Assembly: GCA_017436325.1 (NCBI GenBank)
Contig: JAFSDI010000010.1
Location: forward strand, 1-52,741
Length of the DNA stretch: 52,741 nt
Source: Alphaproteobacteria bacterium
GTDB taxonomy: Bacteria > Pseudomonadota > Alphaproteobacteria > Rs-D84
Direction: 5' to 3'
The notes beneath the pieces were generated by a model. The model was given only the letters and a program-made list of their open reading frames with translations, was not told the DNA's origin and did no database searches. Both the position numbers and the translations under genes were made by a program. How positions within the stretch are numbered: position 1 is the first letter of the stretch; every line of letters begins with the position of its first letter. Positions 50,071 through 52,741 of the stretch are shown piece by piece.

Positions 50071-50094
50071 AACACTAAAAAAAGAGGGATTTTT

Positions 50095-50754
50095 ATGAAT
50101 AAATATTTACTTGGGGTTCTTATGGGGTTGGGCACAATCGGCACAACATACGCATCAATTGTTTCGCGTGGTTTCTTGGACGAGGCCCTAACCAGTTACG
50201 CCACCACCACAGCACTGGATTTAAAAGCAGATAAGGCAGATTTGATGACGGTATCAGACACAATAGAAGAATGGAACAAAATTGCTAATATAGGTGAAGG
50301 ACTCGATTTTTGTAGCGGCATGAACTTGGATGCTATAGTAGTTAATGGCGAGACGATTTTCGGTAGCTGTTACGATACATATGATGTTAGCGATTTAATT
50401 AAGCGTTTTGTTCCATATCAGGCTCAATATGAGGGAAATTGGTTTATTCAATTATTAGAATTATCGACAAAGGGTTATACAAAAGGAATCGATCAAATAA
50501 AAGGTTTGGAAACTTTAACATCAGACATTGAAGATTTGAACATCAAAATCGGAACTTTGCCGGCTGGTTATGAAACTGTTGGTGATGCGCTGACCGCCAT
50601 TAATGCCAAGGTTGATAACAAGATTGAAAATCTGTCTGAAACCGCCAGTGCTGGAAAATATGTCTTAACCGCGGTTAAGGTTGGTGACCAGACAACCTAT
50701 GCCTGGGAATTGATTGACCGCAGTGAAAGCGAAACCACAACAACAAGCGAATAG
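50095..50754 (+). CDS. Secreted 'KIGTLP' family fibre-like protein (copy C)
   Basis: Signal peptide, SIVSRGFLDE, KIGTLPAGY, GKYVLTA..TTYAWELIDR. Confidence 0.8.
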   Translation: MNKYLLGVLMGLGTIGTTYASIVSRGFLDEALTSYATTTALDLKADKADLMTVSDTIEEWNKIANIGEGLDFCSGMNLDAIVVNGETIFGSCYDTYDVSDLIKRFVPYQAQYEGNWFIQLLELSTKGYTKGIDQIKGLETLTSDIEDLNIKIGTLPAGYETVGDALTAINAKVDNKIENLSETASAGKYVLTAVKVGDQTTYAWELIDRSESETTTTSE

Positions 50755-50816
50755 TTATTTGTTGCAGTTTCTGTGAAAAACGCAGAAAGTAAATAAGTTT
50801 TGTTTGTTGAAAGTTG

Positions 50817-50840
50817 AATCCCCCGTTTGGGGGATTTTTT
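50817..50840 (+). terminator. Terminator after copy C
   Basis: AATCCCCC-GTTT-GGGGGATTTTT. Confidence 0.7.
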
Positions 50841-50911
50841 ACATCTTTATTATCGGTATGCTTGATAGGTACGGGTATGATAACGAGCTGATAAATTATG
50901 ATTTTGTAGCG

Positions 50912-51165
50912 TTTGAATTGGGGTAGAAAAAAGGATAACACCTGGGTCCTGTGGGGCATTCACCCACAAAATTTTTTCCAAAAATTTTGCGGGGCCCGAA
51001 AAAGCCACAGGATGACAAAGGTTAAAAATTTATTATAAAATTTTGCGGGACACGGAAAAAACACAGCGATGACAAGAGATTAAAATTTGTGATTTTGTGG
51101 GATTTGAACTGAGGTAGGAAAAAGGATAACACCTGGGTCCTGTGGTCAAGCCACAGGATGACAAC
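50912..51165. repeat. Cluster of REP/RPE-like palindromic elements
   Basis: TGGGTCCTGTGG-TCAAG-CCACAGGATGACA at ~51134-51163; second copy at ~50943-51017 with a hairpin insert; shared ~43-bp 5' segment. Confidence 0.7.
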
Positions 51166-51264
51166 ACTTCGTTAAAACTTCGTGTTGCAGGCAAGTTTTG
51201 TTAAAAGTTCGGGGTGTGTGGGGGGGATGATTAATCCCCTGTTTGCACAGGGGATTTGGGTGGG

Positions 51265-52740
51265 TTATTCGGTAGTGGTAGTGGTGGTTTCACCCTCGCG
51301 ATCTATCTTTTCCCAGTGATATGTCGCATTATCACCAACAATATCAACAGTTAAGACAAATTTACCGCTTGAACCCTCTTGCTTAGGGTCTGGGATTGCC
51401 GCCAGTGCTGCAGCCTTAGCATCTTCGGCAATGCCCTTAATTGCGGTCAGCGCCGCCCCAACACTATCATAGCCCGCCGGCAATGTACCGATTTGCCTCT
51501 CTATAGCTCCCGTACGGTCAAATAAGCCTGTATGATTATCATTTCCATAAATCTCATCCTCAAGTCCCCAAAGAAGATCTATAGTATCACCAAATAAAAT
51601 AGCTAGGATTCCGGGGTGTTTTGCAGATGTATCGCCATATAAATCAATAATAAGTTCTTCAAGGGATTGTGGATATGTTGCATCAACTGGGAATATCGTA
51701 TGACGAGAATTAAAATCCTCTAATATACTTGATAACATAGGTGCTACCCCACTTGGCAATGTACCGATTTTGGCATCGGTTTCACTTATCATACCTGCAA
51801 GATTTTTGCCATCTGGTACAGTACCGATTTTGGTTTCGATAGAAGCGATTTTACTATCTAAATATAGGGTGCGTGTTGATATTTCAGGAAGCGATAAAAT
51901 TTTTACTCCAGCAAGATTCTCAGATCCGTGTAAAATTATATTTAATAATCCACCTATATTGTAATCTTTACCAAGAAGATCTGCAGCTGGATATTTTGCA
52001 TAATCTAGAGTTCCGTTAGCGGTATATTTGTAAGTTAGCATTGATGATGGCAATGTGCCGATTTTATCAATCCCTTCACTCAGTTTCCACAGTGGATATA
52101 TAGGGCCTGTATAGTCAACACCATCGATTGTTGTGGCTCTTGCGCCCTGAATTAATAAAGGTGCTGTTTGAGATTCATAGGCATTCAGTAAAAGTCTTTC
52201 GTTCTTGCTAAAAGCGTATACTCCGGGAAAACCATCCCCTCCTTTATCAGTCCAGCCTTCATACATAGCCTTTAATCCTGGGTTAGCAAGCGCCCCATTC
52301 TCATCCGTCCAGCCTTGGTACATACCTTGAACCGTTATGCCTTCTGGCAATGTGCCGATTTTGGTATTTAAATCTTTTATGCCAAGATAGGTTTGGCCAC
52401 TGACTGAATCAGTCCAACCACCAGTTAGCGATAGCATTGAATGAAGAATGAAGCCTTCTACTAAATCAAAAGCCCCGTTAATGTTATTATTAACTTTATT
52501 TGGATTAAAACCATATGCAAGGTCTCCGATTTCAGCACCCCATAACATTTTTAAATTATCTACAGAATCACTTATTTGTGTATTTAATTCTATAAAATCG
52601 CTTTGATTCGCTTTCAGGTCTAGTGATGTGCTGAGTGCGTATTCTGTTAATTTTTCGTCTAAAAATCCGCTTGATACGATTGATGCGTTTGCAGTGCCTG
52701 TGCTAACAATTCCTAATATCGTGCCGAATATGCCGGCGGT
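51265..52740 (-). CDS. Secreted 'KIGTLP' family fibre-like protein (copy D, 5'-truncated by window end)
   Basis: Frame open from 52740 (TAGIFGTILGIVSTGTANASIVSSGFLDE...); five IGT(L/V)P repeats; GKFVLT..ATYHWEKIDR C-terminus. Confidence 0.85.
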   Translation of the reverse strand, partial: TAGIFGTILGIVSTGTANASIVSSGFLDEKLTEYALSTSLDLKANQSDFIELNTQISDSVDNLKMLWGAEIGDLAYGFNPNKVNNNINGAFDLVEGFILHSMLSLTGGWTDSVSGQTYLGIKDLNTKIGTLPEGITVQGMYQGWTDENGALANPGLKAMYEGWTDKGGDGFPGVYAFSKNERLLLNAYESQTAPLLIQGARATTIDGVDYTGPIYPLWKLSEGIDKIGTLPSSMLTYKYTANGTLDYAKYPAADLLGKDYNIGGLLNIILHGSENLAGVKILSLPEISTRTLYLDSKIASIETKIGTVPDGKNLAGMISETDAKIGTLPSGVAPMLSSILEDFNSRHTIFPVDATYPQSLEELIIDLYGDTSAKHPGILAILFGDTIDLLWGLEDEIYGNDNHTGLFDRTGAIERQIGTLPAGYDSVGAALTAIKGIAEDAKAAALAAIPDPKQEGSSGKFVLTVDIVGDNATYHWEKIDREGETTTTTTE

Positions 52741-52741
52741 T

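Noticed and set aside
1-52741. Circular plasmid/phage or excisable island implied by terminal repeats
   Set aside because: The ends differ at two positions, and the interval holds essential genes (leuS, rplM, rplS, rnpB, dnaK) with no integrase or phage structural genes.

Overview
Low-GC chromosomal segment of an alphaproteobacterium (gcrA, lpxA-lpxB, M23 peptidase-bactofilin pair, ruvB-ybgC-tolQRA, rpsP-rimM-trmD-rplS). The gene style suggests an uncultured host-associated lineage such as Rs-D84/'Ca. Enterousia' (inference, not verified). Housekeeping content: aroK, mscL, tlyA, leuS, rpiB, tig, rpsI/rplM, an EnvZ/OmpR-like pair, dnaK, pfkA, five tRNAs and RNase P RNA. The main unexplained signal is a dispersed system with three copies (127-383, 31609-31849, 49831-50070) of a ~240-260 nt RNA. 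Each copy has a sigma70 promoter, several covarying helices, an alternative pairing next to an intrinsic terminator, and sits directly upstream of a member of a modular secreted 'KIGTLP' fibre-like protein family (four members; both window ends fall in near-identical 5' ends of that family). I do not recognise it as a known riboswitch. Other notable structures: a dif-like site at 2873-2900 on which KOPS-like octamers converge, flanked by a tandem array of inverted XerD-type half-sites; a prepilin-peptidase-led operon with two paralogous putative membrane-inserting proteins and a GH108 lysozyme; a PcfJ-like/LRR protein with variable repeats; 3x117-bp repeats behind an atypical tRNA-Gly; and small orphan ORFs sharing a basic C-terminus.
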